A stretch of 64,000 bases of DNA, from positions 256,370,001 to 256,434,000 of the forward strand of contig OZ024741.1 in assembly GCA_964016885.1 (NCBI GenBank), in the 5' to 3' direction. Source of the DNA: Eledone cirrhosa (taxonomy: Eukaryota). Each line of letters begins with the position of its first letter. Within the stretch, counting starts at the first letter, position 1. The notes beneath the pieces were generated by a model. It had not been told where the DNA came from, did not search any database, and was given only the letters and a program-made list of their open reading frames with translations. Both the position numbers and the translations under genes were made by a program. Shown here piece after piece: positions 38,728 through 53,835 of this stretch.

Positions 38728-41700
38728 GTTTCGCTTTACGAGTGTTTCGACTTAAGAGTGTTTCGACATACGAGTGTTTCGGCTTACGAGTGTTTTGATT
38801 TACGAGTGTTTTGACTTACGGGTGCTTCGACTTACGCGAGTTTCGACTTACGAGTGTTTCGACTTACGAGTGTTTCGACTTACGAGTGTTTCGGCTTACG
38901 AGTGTTTTGACTTACGAATGTTTTGACTTACGATTGTTTCGGCTTACGAGTGTTTCGACTTACGAGTGTTCTGACTACGAGTGTTCTGACTTACGGGTGA
39001 TCTGACTTACGAGTGTTCCGACTTACGAGTGTTTCGGCTTATGAGTGTTTCGACTTACGAGTGCTTCGACTTACGAGTGTTTCGGCTTACGGGTGTTTCG
39101 ACATACGAATGTTTTTGCTTACGAGTGTTTCGGCTTACGAGTGTTTCGGTTTATGAGTGTTTCGACTTACGAGTGTTTTGACTTACGGGTGTTTTGACAT
39201 ACGAGTGTTTCGATACGATTGTTCTGACTTACGAGTGTTTCCGCTTACAAGTGTTTCGGCTTACGAGTGTTTCGACTTACTAATGTTTTTACTTACGAGT
39301 GTTTCGGTGTACGAATGTTTCGACTTAAGGATGTTTCGACTTACGAGTGTTTCGACTTACGAGTGTTTCGACTTACGAGTGTTTCGACTTACGAGTGTTT
39401 TGGCTTACGAATGTTTTGACTTACGGGTGTTTCGACTTACGAGTGTTTCGACTTATGAGTGTTTGGACTTACGAGTGTTTCGGCTTATGAGTGTTTCGAC
39501 TTACGAGTGCTTCGGCTTACGAGTGTTTCGACTGACGAGTATTTCGGCTTACGAGTGTTTCGACGTACGAATGTTTTGGCTTACGAGTGTTTCGGCTTAT
39601 GAGTGTTTCGGCTTACGAGTGTTTCGACTTACGAGGGTTTCGGCTTACGAGTGTTTCAGTGTTTCGGCTTACGTGTGTTTCGACTTACGAGTGTTTCGAC
39701 TTATGAGTGTTTCGACTTACGAGTGTTCTGACTTACGAGTGTTCTGACTTACGAGTGTTCCGACTTACGAGTGTTTCGGTTTACGAGTGTTTCGACATAC
39801 GAGTGTTTTGACTTACGGGTGTTTCGACTTACGGGTGTTTCGACTTACGAGTGTTTTGGCTTACGAGTGTTTCGACTTACTAATGTTTTTACTTACGAGT
39901 GTTTCGGTGTACGAATGTTTTGACTTAAGGATGTTTCGACTTACGAGTGTTTCGACTTACGAGTGTTTCGGCTTACGTGAGTTTCGACTTAAGATGGTTC
40001 TGATTTACGAGTGTTCTGACTTACGAGTGTTTCGGCTTATGAGTGTTTCGACTTACGAGTGTTTCGGCTTACGAGTGTTTCGACTTATGGGTGTTTCGAC
40101 TTACGAGTGTTTTTACTTACGGTGTTTCGGCTTACGAGTGTTTCTACATACGAGTGTTTTGACTTACGGGTGTTTCGACTTACGAGTATTTTTGGCTTAC
40201 GAGTGTTTCGACTTACGAGTGTTCTGACTTACGAGTGTTTTGACTTACGAGTGTTCTGACTTACGAGTGTTCCGACTTACGAGTGTTCCGACTTACGAGT
40301 GTTTCGGCTTACGAGTGTTTCCGGCTTACGAGTGTTTCGACTTCCGAGTGTTTTGACTTACGTGTTTCGGCTTACGAGTGATTCGACTTACGAGTGTTTT
40401 GACTTACGGGTGATTTGACTTACGGGTGTTGTGAATTACGAGTGTTCCGATTTACGAGTGTTTTGACTTACGGTGTTTCGGCTTACGAGTGATTCGACTT
40501 ACGAATGTTTTGACTTACGGGTGTTTCGGCTTGCGAGTGTTTCGACTTACGAGTGTTTCGGCTTATGGGTGTTTCGACTTACTAATGTTTTTACTTACGA
40601 GTGTTTCGGCGTACGAGTGTTTTGACTTACGAGTGTTTCGACTTACGAGTGTTTCGACTTACGAGTGATTCGGCTTACGTGAGTTTCGACTTAAGAGTGT
40701 TCTGATTTACGAGTGTTCTGACTTGCGGGTGTTCTGATTTACGAGTGTTCCGACTTACGAGTGTTTCGGCTTATTAGTGTTTCGACTTACGAGTGTTTCG
40801 GCTTACGAGTGTTTCGACTTATGGGTGTTTCGAGTTACGAGTATTTTGACTTACGAATGTTTTGACTTACGAATGTTTTGACTTACGGGTGTTTCGGCTT
40901 ACGAGTGTTTCGACTTACGAGTGTTTCGGCTTACGAGTGTTTCGACTTACTAATGTTCTTACTTACGAGTGTTTCGGCGTACGAGAGTTTTGACTTACGA
41001 GTGTTTCGACTTACGAGTGTTTCGACTTACGAGTGTTTTGACTTACGAATGTTTTGACTTACGGGTGTTTCGGCTTACGAGTGTTTCGACTTTCGAGTCT
41101 TTCGGCTTACGAGTGTTTCGACTTACTAATGTTTTTACTTACGAGTGTTTCGAGGTACGAGTGTTTCGACTTACGAGTGTTTCAACTTACGGGTGTTTTG
41201 ACTTACGGGTGTTTCGGCTTACGAGTGTTTTGACTTACGAGTGTTTTGACTTAAGGGTGTTTCGACTTACGAGTATTTTTGGCTTACGAGTGTTTCGACT
41301 TACGAGTGTTTTGACTTACGAGTGTTCTGATTTACGGATGTTTCGACATACGAGTGTTTCGACTTACGAGTGTTTCGACTTATGAGTGTTTCGACTTACG
41401 AGTGTTTCGGCTTATGAGTGTTTCGACTTACGAGTGCTTCGGCTTACGAGTGTTTCGACTTACGAGTATTTCGGCTTACGAGTGTTTCGACGTACGAATG
41501 TTTTGGCTTACGAGTGTTTCGGCTTATGAGTGTTTCGGCTTACGAGTGTTTCGACTTACGAGTGTTTCGGCTTACGAGTGTTTCAGTGTTTCGGCTTACG
41601 TGTGTTTCGACTTACGAGTGTTTCGACTTACGACTGTTTCGGCTTACGAGTGTTTCGGCTTACGAGTGTTTCGACTTACGAGTGTTTTGACTTACGAATG

Positions 41701-44700
41701 TTTTGACTTACGGGTGTTTCGGCTTACGAGTGTTTCGACTTACGAGTCTTTCGGCTTACGAGTGTTTCGACTTACTAATGTTTTTACTTACGAGTGTTTC
41801 GGCGTACGAGTGTTTCGACTTACGAGTGTTTCGACTTACGGGTGTTTTGACTTACGGGTGTTTCGGCTTACGAGTGTTTTGACTTACGAGTGTTTTGACT
41901 TAAGGGTGTTTCGACTTACGAGTATTTTTGGCTTACGAGTGTTTCGACTTACGAGTGTTTTTTTACTTACGAGTGTTCTGATTTACGGATGTTTCGACAT
42001 ACGAGTGTTTCGACTTACGAGTGTTTCGACTTACTAATGTTCTTACTTACGAGTGTTTCGGCGTACGAGAGTTTTGACTTACGAGTGTTTCGACTTACGA
42101 GTGTTTCGACTTACGAGTGTTTTGACTTACGAATGTTTTGACTTACGGGTGTTTCGGCTTACGAGTGTTTCGACTTACGAGTCTTTCGGCTTACGAGTGT
42201 TTCGACTTACTAATGTTTTTACTTACGAGTGTTTCGGCGTACGAGTGTTTCGACTTACGAGTGTTTCGACTTACGGGTGTTTTGACTTACGGGTGTTTCG
42301 GCTTACGAGTGTTTTGACTTACGAGTGTTTTGACTTAAGGTTGTTTCGACTTACGAGTATTTTTGGCTTACGAGTGTTTCGACTTACGAGTGTTTTGACT
42401 TACGAGTGTTCTGATTTACGGATGTTTCGACATACGAGTGTTTCAACTTACGAGTGTTTCGACTTATGAGTGTTTCGACTTACGAGTGTTTCGGCTTATG
42501 AGTGTTTCGACTTACGAGTGCTTCGGCTTACGAGTGTTTCGACTTACGAGTATTTCGGCTTACGAGTGTTTCGACGTACGAATGTTTTGGCTTACGAGTG
42601 TTTCGGCTTATGAGTGTTTCGGCTTACGAGTGTTTCGACTTACGACTGTTTCGGCTTACGAGTGTTTCGGCTTGCGAGTGTTTTGACTTACGAGTGTTCT
42701 GATTTACGGATGTTTCGACACACGAGTGTTTCGACTTACGAATGTTTCGACTTATGAGTGTTTCGACTTACGAGTGTTTCGGCTTACGAGTGTTTCGACT
42801 TACGAGTGTTTTGACTTACGGTGTTTCGGCTTACGAGTGTTTCGACTTACGAGTGTTTTGACTTACGAGTGTTCTGATTTACGGATGTTTCGACACACGA
42901 GTGTTTCGACTTACGAATGTTTCGACTTATGAGTGTTTCGACTTACGAGTGTTTCGGCTTACGAGTGTTTCGACTTACGAGTGTTTTGACTTACGGTGTT
43001 TCGGCTTACGAGTGTTTCGACTTACGAGTGTTTTGACTTACGGGTGTTTTGACATACGAGTGTTTCGATACGAGTGTTCTGACTTACGAGTGTTCTGACT
43101 TACGAGTGTTTTGACTTACGAGTGTTCTGACTTACGAGTGTTCCGACTTACGAGTGTTCCGACTTACGAGTGTTTCGGCTTACGAGTGTTTCCGGCTTAC
43201 GAGTGTTTCGACTTCCGAGTGTTTTGACTTACGGTGTTTCGGCTTACGAGTGATTCGACCTACGAGTGTTTTGACTTACGGGTGATTTGACTTACGGGTG
43301 TTGTGAATTTCGAGTGTTCCGATTTACGAGTGTTTTGACTTACGGTGTTTCGGCTTACGAGTGATTCGACTTACGAATGTTTTGACTTACGGGTGTTTCG
43401 GCTTGCGAGTGTTTCGACTTACGAGTGTTTCGGCTCATGGGTGTTTCGACTTACTAATGTTTTTACTTACGAGTGTTTCGGCGTACGAGTGTTTTGACTT
43501 ACGAGTGTTTCGACTTACGAGTGTTTCGACTTACGAGTGTTTCGACTTACGAGTGTTTCGGCTTACGTGAGTTTCGACTTAAGAGTGTTCTGATTTACGA
43601 GTGTTCTGACTTGCGGGTGTTCTGATTTACGAGTGTTCCGACTTACGAGTGTTTCGGCTTATTAGTGTTTCGACTTACGAGTGTTTCGGCTTACGAGTGT
43701 TTCGACTTATGGGTGTTTCGACTTACGAGTGTTTTTACTTACGGTGTTTCGGCTTACGAGTGTTTCGACATACGAGTGTTTTGACTTACGGGTGTTTCGA
43801 CTTACGAGTGTTTTGACTTACGAATGTTTTGACTTACGGGTGTTTCGGATTACGAGTGTTTCGACTTACGAGTGTTTCGGCTTACGAGTGTTTCGACTTA
43901 CTAATGTTCTTACGAGTGTTTCGGCGTACGAGAGTTTTGACTTACGAGTGTTTCGACTTACGAGTGTTTCGACTTAAGAGTGTTTTGACTTACGAATGTT
44001 TTGACTTACGGGTGTTTCGGCTGACGAGTGTTTCGACTTACGAGTCTTTCGGCTTACGAGAGTTTCGACTTACTAATGTTTTTACTTACGAGTGTTTCGG
44101 CGTACGAGTGTTTCGACTTACGAGTGTTTCGACTTACGGGTGTTTTGACTTACGGGTGTTTCGGCTTACGAGTGTTTTGACTTACGAGTGTTTTGACTTA
44201 AGGGTGTTTCGACTTACGAGTATTTTTGGCTTACGAGTGTTTCGACTTACGAGTGTTTTGACTTACGAGTGTTCTGATTTACGGATGTTTCGACATACGA
44301 GTGTTTCGACTTACGAGTGTTTCGACTTATGAGTGTTTCGACTTACGAGTGTTTCGGCTTATGAGTGTTTCGACTTACGAGTGCTTCGGCTTACGAGTGT
44401 TTCGACTTACGAGTATTTCGGCTTACGAGTGTTTCGACGTACGAATGTTTTGGCTTACGAGTGTTTCGGCTTATGAGTGTTTCGGCTTACGAGTGTTTCG
44501 ACTTACGAGTGTTTCGGCTTACGAGTGTTTCAGTGTTTCGGCTTACGTGTGTTTCGACTTACGAGTGTTTCGACTTACGAGTGTTTTGACTTACGAGTGT
44601 TCTGATTTACGGATGTTTCGACATACGAGTGTTTCGACTTACGAGTGTTTCGACTTATGAGTGTTTCGACTTACGAGTGTTTCGACTTACGAGTGTTTCG

Positions 44701-44960
44701 GCTTGTGATTGTTTCGACTTACGAGTGTTTTGACTTACGGTGTTTCAGCTTACGACTGTTTTGGCTTACGGTGTTTCGGCTTACGAGTGTTTCGAGTTAC
44801 GAGTGTTTTGACTTACACGTGTTTTGACATACGAGTGTTTCGATACGAGTGTTCTGACTTACGAGTGTTCTGACTTACGAGTGTTCTGACTTACGAGTGT
44901 TCCGACTTTACGAGTGTTTCGGCTCACGAGTGTTTCGGCTTACGAGTGTTTCGACTTACG

Positions 44961-45030
44961 AAAATAACAAATAGACGCGGTTTCAAATCTCTATGCTTTT
45001 CAAATTCATTACATTAATCTTTATTTATAC
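44961..45030 (+). repeat. 70-bp AT-rich element, copy 17 (flank class B)
   Basis: Same sequence. Confidence 0.97.
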
Positions 45031-48000
45031 GTTTCGCTTTACGAGTGTTTCGACTTAAGAGTGTTTCGACATACGAGTGTTTCGGCTTACGAGTGTTTTG
45101 ATTTACGAGTGTTTTGACTTACGGGTGCTTCGACTTACGCGAGTTTCGACTTACGAGTGTTTCGACTTACGAGTGTTTCGACTTACGAGTGTTTCGGCTT
45201 ACGAGTGTTTTGACTTACGAATGTTTTGACTTACGATTGTTTCGGCTTACGAGTGTTTCGACTTACGAGTGTTCTGACTACGAGTGTTCTGACTTACGGG
45301 TGATCTGACTTACGAGTGTTCCGACTTACGAGTGTTTCGGCTTATGAGTGTTTCGACTTACGAGTGCTTCGACTTACGAGTGTTTCGGCTTACGGGTGTT
45401 TCGACATACGAATGTTTTTGCTTACGAGTGTTTCGGCTTACGAGTGTTTCGGTTTATGAGTGTTTCGACTTACGAGTGTTTTGACTTACGGGTGTTTTGA
45501 CATACGAGTGTTTCGATACGATTGTTCTGACTTACGAGTGTTTCCGCTTACAAGTGTTTCGGCTTACGAGTGTTTCGACTTACTAATGTTTTTACTTACG
45601 AGTGTTTCGGTGTACGAATGTTTCGACTTAAGGATGTTTCGACTTACGAGTGTTTCGACTTACGAGTGTTTCGACTTACGAGTGTTTCGACTTACGAGTG
45701 TTTTGGCTTACGAATGTTTTGACTTACGGGTGTTTCGACTTACGAGTGTTTCGACTTATGAGTGTTTGGACTTACGAGTGTTTCGGCTTATGAGTGTTTC
45801 GACTTACGAGTGCTTCGGCTTACGAGTGTTTCGACTGACGAGTATTTCGGCTTACGAGTGTTTCGACGTACGAATGTTTTGGCTTACGAGTGTTTCGGCT
45901 TATGAGTGTTTCGGCTTACGAGTGTTTCGACTTACGAGGGTTTCGGCTTACGAGTGTTTCAGTGTTTCGGCTTACGTGTGTTTCGACTTACGAGTGTTTC
46001 GACTTATGAGTGTTTCGACTTACGAGTGTTCTGACTTACGAGTGTTCTGACTTACGAGTGTTCCGACTTACGAGTGTTTCGGTTTACGAGTGTTTCGACA
46101 TACGAGTGTTTTGACTTACGGGTGTTTCGACTTACGGGTGTTTCGACTTACGAGTGTTTTGGCTTACGAGTGTTTCGACTTACTAATGTTTTTACTTACG
46201 AGTGTTTCGGTGTACGAATGTTTTGACTTAAGGATGTTTCGACTTACGAGTGTTTCGACTTACGAGTGTTTCGGCTTACGTGAGTTTCGACTTAAGATGG
46301 TTCTGATTTACGAGTGTTCTGACTTACGATTGTTTCGGCTTATGAGTGTTTCGACTTACGAGTGTTTCGGCTTACGAGTGTTTCGACTTATGGGTGTTTC
46401 GACTTACGAGTGTTTTTACTTACGGTGTTTCGGCTTACGAGTGTTTCGACATACGAGTGTTTTGACTTACGGGTGTTTCGACTTACGAGTATTTTTGGCT
46501 TACGAGTGTTTCGACTTACGAGTGTTTTGACTTACGAGTGTTCTGATTTACGGATGTTTCGACATACGAGTGTTTCGACTTACGAGTGTTTCGACTTATG
46601 AGTGTTTCGACTTACGAGTGTTTCGGCTTACGAGTGTTTCGACTTACGAGTGTTTTGACTTACGGTGTTTCGGCTTACGAGTGTTTCGACTTACGAGTGT
46701 TTTGACTTACGGGTGTTTTGACATACGAGTGTTTCGATACGAGTGTTCTGACTTACGAGTGTTCTGACTTACGAGTGTTTTGACTTACGAGTGTTCTGAC
46801 TTACGAGTGTTCCGACTTACGAGTGTTCCGACTTACGAGTGTTTCGGCTTACGAGTGTTTCCGGCTTACGAGTGTTTCGACTTCCGAGTGTTTTGACTTA
46901 CGTGTTTCGGCTTACGAGTGATTCGACTTACGAGTGTTTTGACTTACGGGTGATTTGACTTACGGGTGTTGTGAATTACGAGTGTTCCGATTTACGAGTG
47001 TTTTGACTTACGGTGTTTCGGCTTACGAGTGATTCGACTTACGAATGTTTTGACTTACGGGTGTTTCGGCTTGCGAGTGTTTCGACTTACGAGTGTTTCG
47101 GCTTATGGGTGTTTCGACTTACTAATGTTTTTACTTACGAGTGTTTCGGCGTACGAGTGTTTTGACTTACGAGTGTTTCGACTTACGAGTGTTTCGACTT
47201 ACGAGTGATTCGGCTTACGTGAGTTTCGACTTAAGAGTGTTCTGATTTACGAGTGTTCTGACTTGCGGGTGTTCTGATTTACGAGTGTTCCGACTTACGA
47301 GTGTTTCGGCTTATTAGTGTTTCGACTTACGAGTGTTTCGGCTTACGAGTGTTTCGACTTATGGGTGTTTCGAGTTACGAGTATTTTGACTTACGAATGT
47401 TTTGACTTACGAATGTTTTGACTTACGGGTGTTTCGGCTTACGAGTGTTTCGACTTACGAGTGTTTCGGCTTACGAGTGTTTCGACTTACTAATGTTCTT
47501 ACTTACGAGTGTTTCGGCGTACGAGAGTTTTGACTTACGAGTGTTTCGACTTACGAGTGTTTCGACTTACGAGTGTTTTGACTTACGAATGTTTTGACTT
47601 ACGGGTGTTTCGGCTTACGAGTGTTTCGACTTTCGAGTCTTTCGGCTTACGAGTGTTTCGACTTACTAATGTTTTTACTTACGAGTGTTTCGAGGTACGA
47701 GTGTTTCGACTTACGAGTGTTTCAACTTACGGGTGTTTTGACTTACGGGTGTTTCGGCTTACGAGTGTTTTGACTTACGAGTATTTTGACTTAAGGGTGT
47801 TTCGACTTACGAGTATTTTTGGCTTACGAGTGTTTCGACTTACGAGTGTTTTGACTTACGAGTGTTCTGATTTACGGATGTTTCGACATACGAGTGTTTC
47901 GACTTACGAGTGTTTCGACTTATGAGTGTTTCGACTTACGAGTGTTTCGGCTTATGAGTGTTTCGACTTACGAGTGCTTCGGCTTACGAGTGTTTCGACT

Positions 48001-50966
48001 TACGAGTATTTCGGCTTACGAGTGTTTCGACGTACGAATGTTTTGGCTTACGAGTGTTTCGGCTTATGAGTGTTTCGGCTTACGAGTGTTTCGACTTACG
48101 AGTGTTTCGGCTTACGAGTGTTTCAGTGTTTCGGCTTACGTGTGTTTCGACTTACGAGTGTTTCGACTTACGACTGTTTCGGCTTACGAGTGTTTCGGCT
48201 TACGAGTGTTTCGACTTACGAGTGTTTTGACTTACGAATGTTTTGACTTACGGGTGTTTCGGCTTACGAGTGTTTCGACTTACGAGTCTTTCGGCTTACG
48301 AGTGTTTCGACTTACTAATGTTTTTACTTACGAGTGTTTCGGCGTACGAGTGTTTCGACTTACGAGTGTTTCGACTTACGGGTGTTTTGACTTACGGGTG
48401 TTTCGGCTTACGAGTGTTTTGACTTACGAGTGTTTTGACTTAAGGGTGTTTCGACTTACGAGTATTTTTGGCTTACGAGTGTTTCGACTTACGAGTGTTT
48501 TTTTACTTACGAGTGTTCTGATTTACGGATGTTTCGACATACGAGTGTTTCGACTTACGAGTGTTTCGACTTACTAATGTTCTTACTTACGAGTGTTTCG
48601 GCGTACGAGAGTTTTGACTTACGAGTGTTTCGACTTACGAGTGTTTCGACTTACGAGTGTTTTGACTTACGAATGTTTTGACTTACGGGTGTTTCGGCTT
48701 ACGAGTGTTTCGACTTACGAGTCTTTCGGCTTACGAGTGTTTCGACTTACTAATGTTTTTACTTACGAGTGTTTCGGCGTACGAGTGTTTCGACTTACGA
48801 GTGTTTCGACTTACGGGTGTTTTGACTTACGGGTGTTTCGGCTTACGAGTGTTTTGACTTACGAGTGTTTTGACTTAAGGTTGTTTCGACTTACGAGTAT
48901 TTTTGGCTTACGAGTGTTTCGACTTACGAGTGTTTTGACTTACGAGTGTTCTGATTTACGGATGTTTCGACATACGAGTGTTTCAACTTACGAGTGTTTC
49001 GACTTATGAGTGTTTCGACTTACGAGTGTTTCGGCTTATGAGTGTTTCGACTTACGAGTGCTTCGGCTTACGAGTGTTTCGACTTACGAGTATTTCGGCT
49101 TACGAGTGTTTCGACGTACGAATGTTTTGGCTTACGAGTGTTTCGGCTTATGAGTGTTTCGGCTTACGAGTGTTTCGACTTACGACTGTTTCGGCTTACG
49201 AGTGTTTCGGCTTGCGAGTGTTTCGGCTTACGAGTGTTTTGACTTACGAGTGTTTTGACTTACGATTGTTTGGCTTACGAGTGTTCTGACTTACGGGTGT
49301 TCTGACTTTCGAATGTTCCGACTTACGAGTGTTTCGGCTTATGAGGGTTTCGACTTACGAGTGCTTCGGCTTACGAGTGTTTCGACTTACGAGTGTTTCG
49401 GCTTACGAGTGTTTCGACTTACGAGTGTTTCGACTTACGAGTGTTTTGACTTACGGTGTTTCGGCTTCCGAGTGTTTCGACATACGAGTGTTTTGACGTA
49501 CGGGTGTTTCGACTTACGGGTCTTTCGACTTAAGTGTGTTTCGACTTACGAGCGCTTCGACTTACGAGTGTTTCGACTTACGAGTGTTTCGGCGTATGAG
49601 TGTTTTGACTTACGAGTGTTTCGACTTACGAGTGTTTCGACTTACGAGTGTTTCGAATTACGAGTGTTTCGACTTACGAGTGTTTTGACTTACGAGTGTT
49701 TTGACTTCGGTGTTTCTGCTTACGAGTGTTTCGACTTACGAGTGTTATGACTTACGGGTGTTTTCACATACGAGTGTTTCGACTTACGAGTGTTTTGACT
49801 TACGGGTGTTTTGACATACGAGTGTTTCGATACGAGTGTTCTGACTTACGAGTGTTCTGACTTACGAGTGTTCTGACTTACGAGTGTTTCGACATACGAG
49901 TGTTTCGACTTACGGGTGTTTCGGCTTACGAGTGTTTCGACTTACGAGTGTTTCGGCTTACGAGTGTTTCGACTTACTAATATTTTTACTTACGAGTGTT
50001 TCGGCGTACGAGAGTTTTGACTTACGCGTGTTTCGACTTACGAGTGTTTCGACTTACGAGTATTTTGACTTACGAATGTTTTGACTTACGGGTGTTTCGG
50101 CTTACGAGTGTTTCGACTTACGAGTCTTTCGGCTTACGAGTGTTTCGACTTACTAATGTTTTTACTTACGAGTGTTTCGGCGTACGAGTGTTTCGACTTC
50201 CGAGTGTTTCGACTTACGGGTGTTTTGACTTACGGGTGTATCGGCTTACGAGTGTTTTGACTTACGAGTGTTTTGACTTAAGGGTGTTTCGACTTACGAG
50301 TATTTTTGGCTTACGAGTGTTTCGACTTACGAGTGTTTTGACTTACGAGTGTTCTGATTTACGGATGTTTCGACATACGAGTGTTTCGACTTACGAGTGT
50401 TTCGACTTATGAGTGTTTCGACTTACGAGTGTTTCGACTTACGAGTGTTTCGGCTTGTGATTGTTTCGACTTACGAGTGTTTTGACTTACGGTGTTTCAG
50501 CTTACGAGTGTTTCGACTTACGAGTGTTTTGACTTACGGGTGTTTTGACATACGAGTGTTTCGATACGAGTGTTCTGACTTACGAGTGTTCTGACTTACG
50601 AGTGTTTTGACTTACGAGTGTTCTGACTTACGAGTGTTCTGACTTACGAGTGTTTCGGCTTACGAGTGTTTTGACTTAAGGGTGTTTCGACTTACGAGTG
50701 TTTCGATACGAGTGTTTCGACTTACGAGTGTTTCGGCTTACGAGTGTTTCGACTTACGAGTGTTTCGACTTACGAGTGTTCCGACTTACGGGTGTTTCGA
50801 CTTACGAGTGTTTTGGCTTACGGTGTTTCGACTTACGAGTGTTTCGAGTTAAGAGTGTTTTGACTTACGAGTGTTCTGACTTACGAGTGTTCTGACTTAC
50901 GAGTGTTCCGACTTTACGAGTGTTTCGGCTCACGAGTGTTTCGGCTTACGAGTGTTTCGACTTACG

Positions 50967-51036
50967 AAAATAACAAATAGACGCGGTTTCCAATCTCTAT
51001 GCTTTTCAAATTCATTACATTAATCTTTATTTATAC
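50967..51036 (+). repeat. 70-bp AT-rich element, copy 18 (GGTTTCCAATC variant)
   Basis: One A>C change, shared with copy 21. Confidence 0.97.
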
Positions 51037-53765
51037 GTTTCGCTTTACGAGTGTTTCGACTTACGAGTGTTTCGACATACGAGTGTTTCGACTTACGAAT
51101 GTTTTTGCTTACGGGTGTTTCGACTTACCAATATTTTGCTTACGAGTGTTTCGGTTTACGAGTGTTCCGACTTACGAGTGTTCCGACTTACGAGTGTTTC
51201 GGCTTACGAGTGTTTCCGGCTTACGAGTGTTTCAACTTACGAGTGTTCTGACTTACGAGTGTTCTGATTTACGGATGTTTCGACACACGAGTGTTTCGAA
51301 TTACGAGTGTTTCGACTTACGAGTGTTTTGACTTACGGGTGTTTTGACATACGAGTGTTTCGATACGAGTGTTTCGACTTACGAGTGTTCTGACTTACGA
51401 GTGTTCTGATTTACGGATGTTTCGACATACGAGTGTTTCGACTTACGAGTGTTTCGACTTATGAGTGTTTCGACTTACGAGTGTTTCGGATTACGAGTGT
51501 TTCGACTTACGAGTGTTTTGACTTACGGTGTTTCGGCTTACGAGTGTTTCGACTTACGAGTGTTTTGACTTACGGGTGTTTTGACATACGAGTGTTTCGA
51601 TACGAGTGTTCTGACTTACGAGTGTTCTGACTTACGAGTGTTCTGACTTACGAGTGTTCTGATTTACGGATGTTTCAACATACGAGTGTTTCGACTTACG
51701 AGTGTTTCGACTTATGAGTGTTTCGACTTACGAGTGTTTCGGCTTACGAGTGTTTCGACTTACGAGTGTTTTGACTTACGGTGTTTCGGCTTACGAGTGT
51801 TTCGACTTACGAGTGTTTTGACTTACGGGTGTTTTGACATACGAGTGTTTCGATACGAGTGTTCTGACTTACGAGTGTTCTGACTTACGAGTGTTTTGAC
51901 TTACGAGTGTTCTGACTTACGGGTGTTTCGACTTACGAGTATTTTTGGCTTACCAGTGTTTCGACTTACGAGTGTTTTGACTTACGAGTGTTCTGATTTA
52001 CGGATGTTTCGACACACGAGTGTTTCGACTTACGAATGTTTCGACTTATGAGTGTTTCGACTTACGAGTGTTTCGGCTTACGAGTGTTTCGTCTTACGAG
52101 TGTTTTGACTTACGGTGTTTCGGCTTACGAGTGTTTCGACTTACGAGTGTTTTGACTTACGGGTGTTTTGACATACGAGTGTTTCGATACGAGTGTTCTG
52201 ACTTACGAGTGTTCTGACTTACGAGTGTTTTGACTTACGAGTGTTCTGACTTACGAGTGTTCCGACTTACGAGTGTTCCGACTTACGAGTGTTTCGGCTT
52301 ACGAGTGTTTCCGGCTTACGAGTGTTTCGACTTCCGAGTGTTTTGACTTACGGTGTTTCGGCTTACGAGTGATTCGACTTACGAGTGTTTTGACTTACGG
52401 GTGATTTGACTTACGGGTGTTGTGAATTTCGAGTGTTCCGATTTACGAGTGTTTTGACTTACGGTGTTTCGGCTTACGAGTGATTCGACTTACGAATCTT
52501 TTGACTTACGGGTGTTTCGGCTTGCGAGTGTTTCGACTTACGAGTGTTTCGGCTTATGGGTGTTTCGACTTACTAATGTTTTTACTTACGAGTGTTTCGG
52601 CGTACGAGTGTTTTGACTTACGAGTGTTTCGACTTACGAGTGTTTCGACTTACGAGTGTTTCGACTTACGAGTGTTTCGGCTTACGTGAGTTTCGACTTA
52701 AGAGTGTTCTGATTTACGAGTGTTCTGAATTGCGGGTGTTCTGATTTACGAGTGTTCCGACTTACGAGTGTTTCGGCTTATTAGTGTTTCGACTTACGAG
52801 TGTTTCGGCTTACGAGTGTTTCGACTTATGGGTGTTTCGACTTACGAGTGTTTTTACTTACGGTGTTTCGGCTTACGAGTGTTTCGACATACGAGTGTTT
52901 TGACTTACGGGTGTTTCGACTTACGAGTGTTTTGACTAACGAATGTTTTGACTTACGGGTGTTTCGGATTACGAGTGTTTCGACTTACGAGTGTTTCGGC
53001 TTACGAGTGTTTCGACTTACTAATGTTCTTACGAGTGTTTCGACTTACGGGTGTTTTGACTTACGGGTGTATCGGCTTACGAGTGTTTTTGGCTTACGAG
53101 TGTTTCGACTTACGAGTGTTTTGACTTACGAGTGTTCTGATTTACGGATGTTTCGACTTACGAGTGTTTCGACTTACGAGTGTTTCGGCTTGTGATTGTT
53201 TCGACTTACGAGTGTTTTGACTTACGGTGTTTCAGCTTACGAGTGTTTCGACTTACGAGTGTTTTGACTTACGGGTGTTTTGACATACGAGTGTTTCGAT
53301 ACGAGTGTTCTGACTTACGAGTGTTCTGACTTACGAGTGTTTTGACTTACGAGTGTTCTGACTTACGAGTGTTCCGACTTACGAGTGTTCCGACTTACGA
53401 GTGTTTCGGCTTACGAGTGTTTTGACTTAAGGGTGTTTCGACTTACGAGTGTTTCGATACGAGTGTTTCGACTTACGAGTGTTTCGGCTTACGAGTGTTT
53501 CGACTTACGAGTGTTTCGACTTACGAGTGTTCCGACTTACGGGTGTTTCGACTTACGAGTGTTTTGGCTTACGGTGTTTCGACTTACGAGTGTTTCGAGT
53601 TAAGAGTGTTTTGACTTACGAGTGTTCTGATTTACGAGTGTTCTGACTTACGAGTGTTCTGACTTACGAGTGTTCTGACTTACGAGTGTTCTGACTTACG
53701 AGTGTTCCGACTTTACGAGTGTTTCGGCTCACGAGTGTTTCGGCTTACGAGTGTTTCGACTTACG

Positions 53766-53835
53766 AAAATAACAAATAGACGCGGTTTCAAATCTCTATG
53801 CTTTTCAAATTCATTACATTAATCTTTATTTATAC
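53766..53835 (+). repeat. 70-bp AT-rich element, copy 19 (at HOR junction)
   Basis: Same sequence, with a novel downstream flank GACTTACTAATG. Confidence 0.97.

Larger units (their letters stand above)
36580..49220 (+). repeat. ~6.3-kb higher-order tandem duplication, 2 copies, junction near 42,680
   Basis: ORF offsets 36630/42901 (6271), 37998/44301 and 39157/45460 (6303), 40969/47509 (6540). Shared rare variants GATTCGACCTACG, GGCTCATGGG, GTGATCTGAC. Confidence 0.9.
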
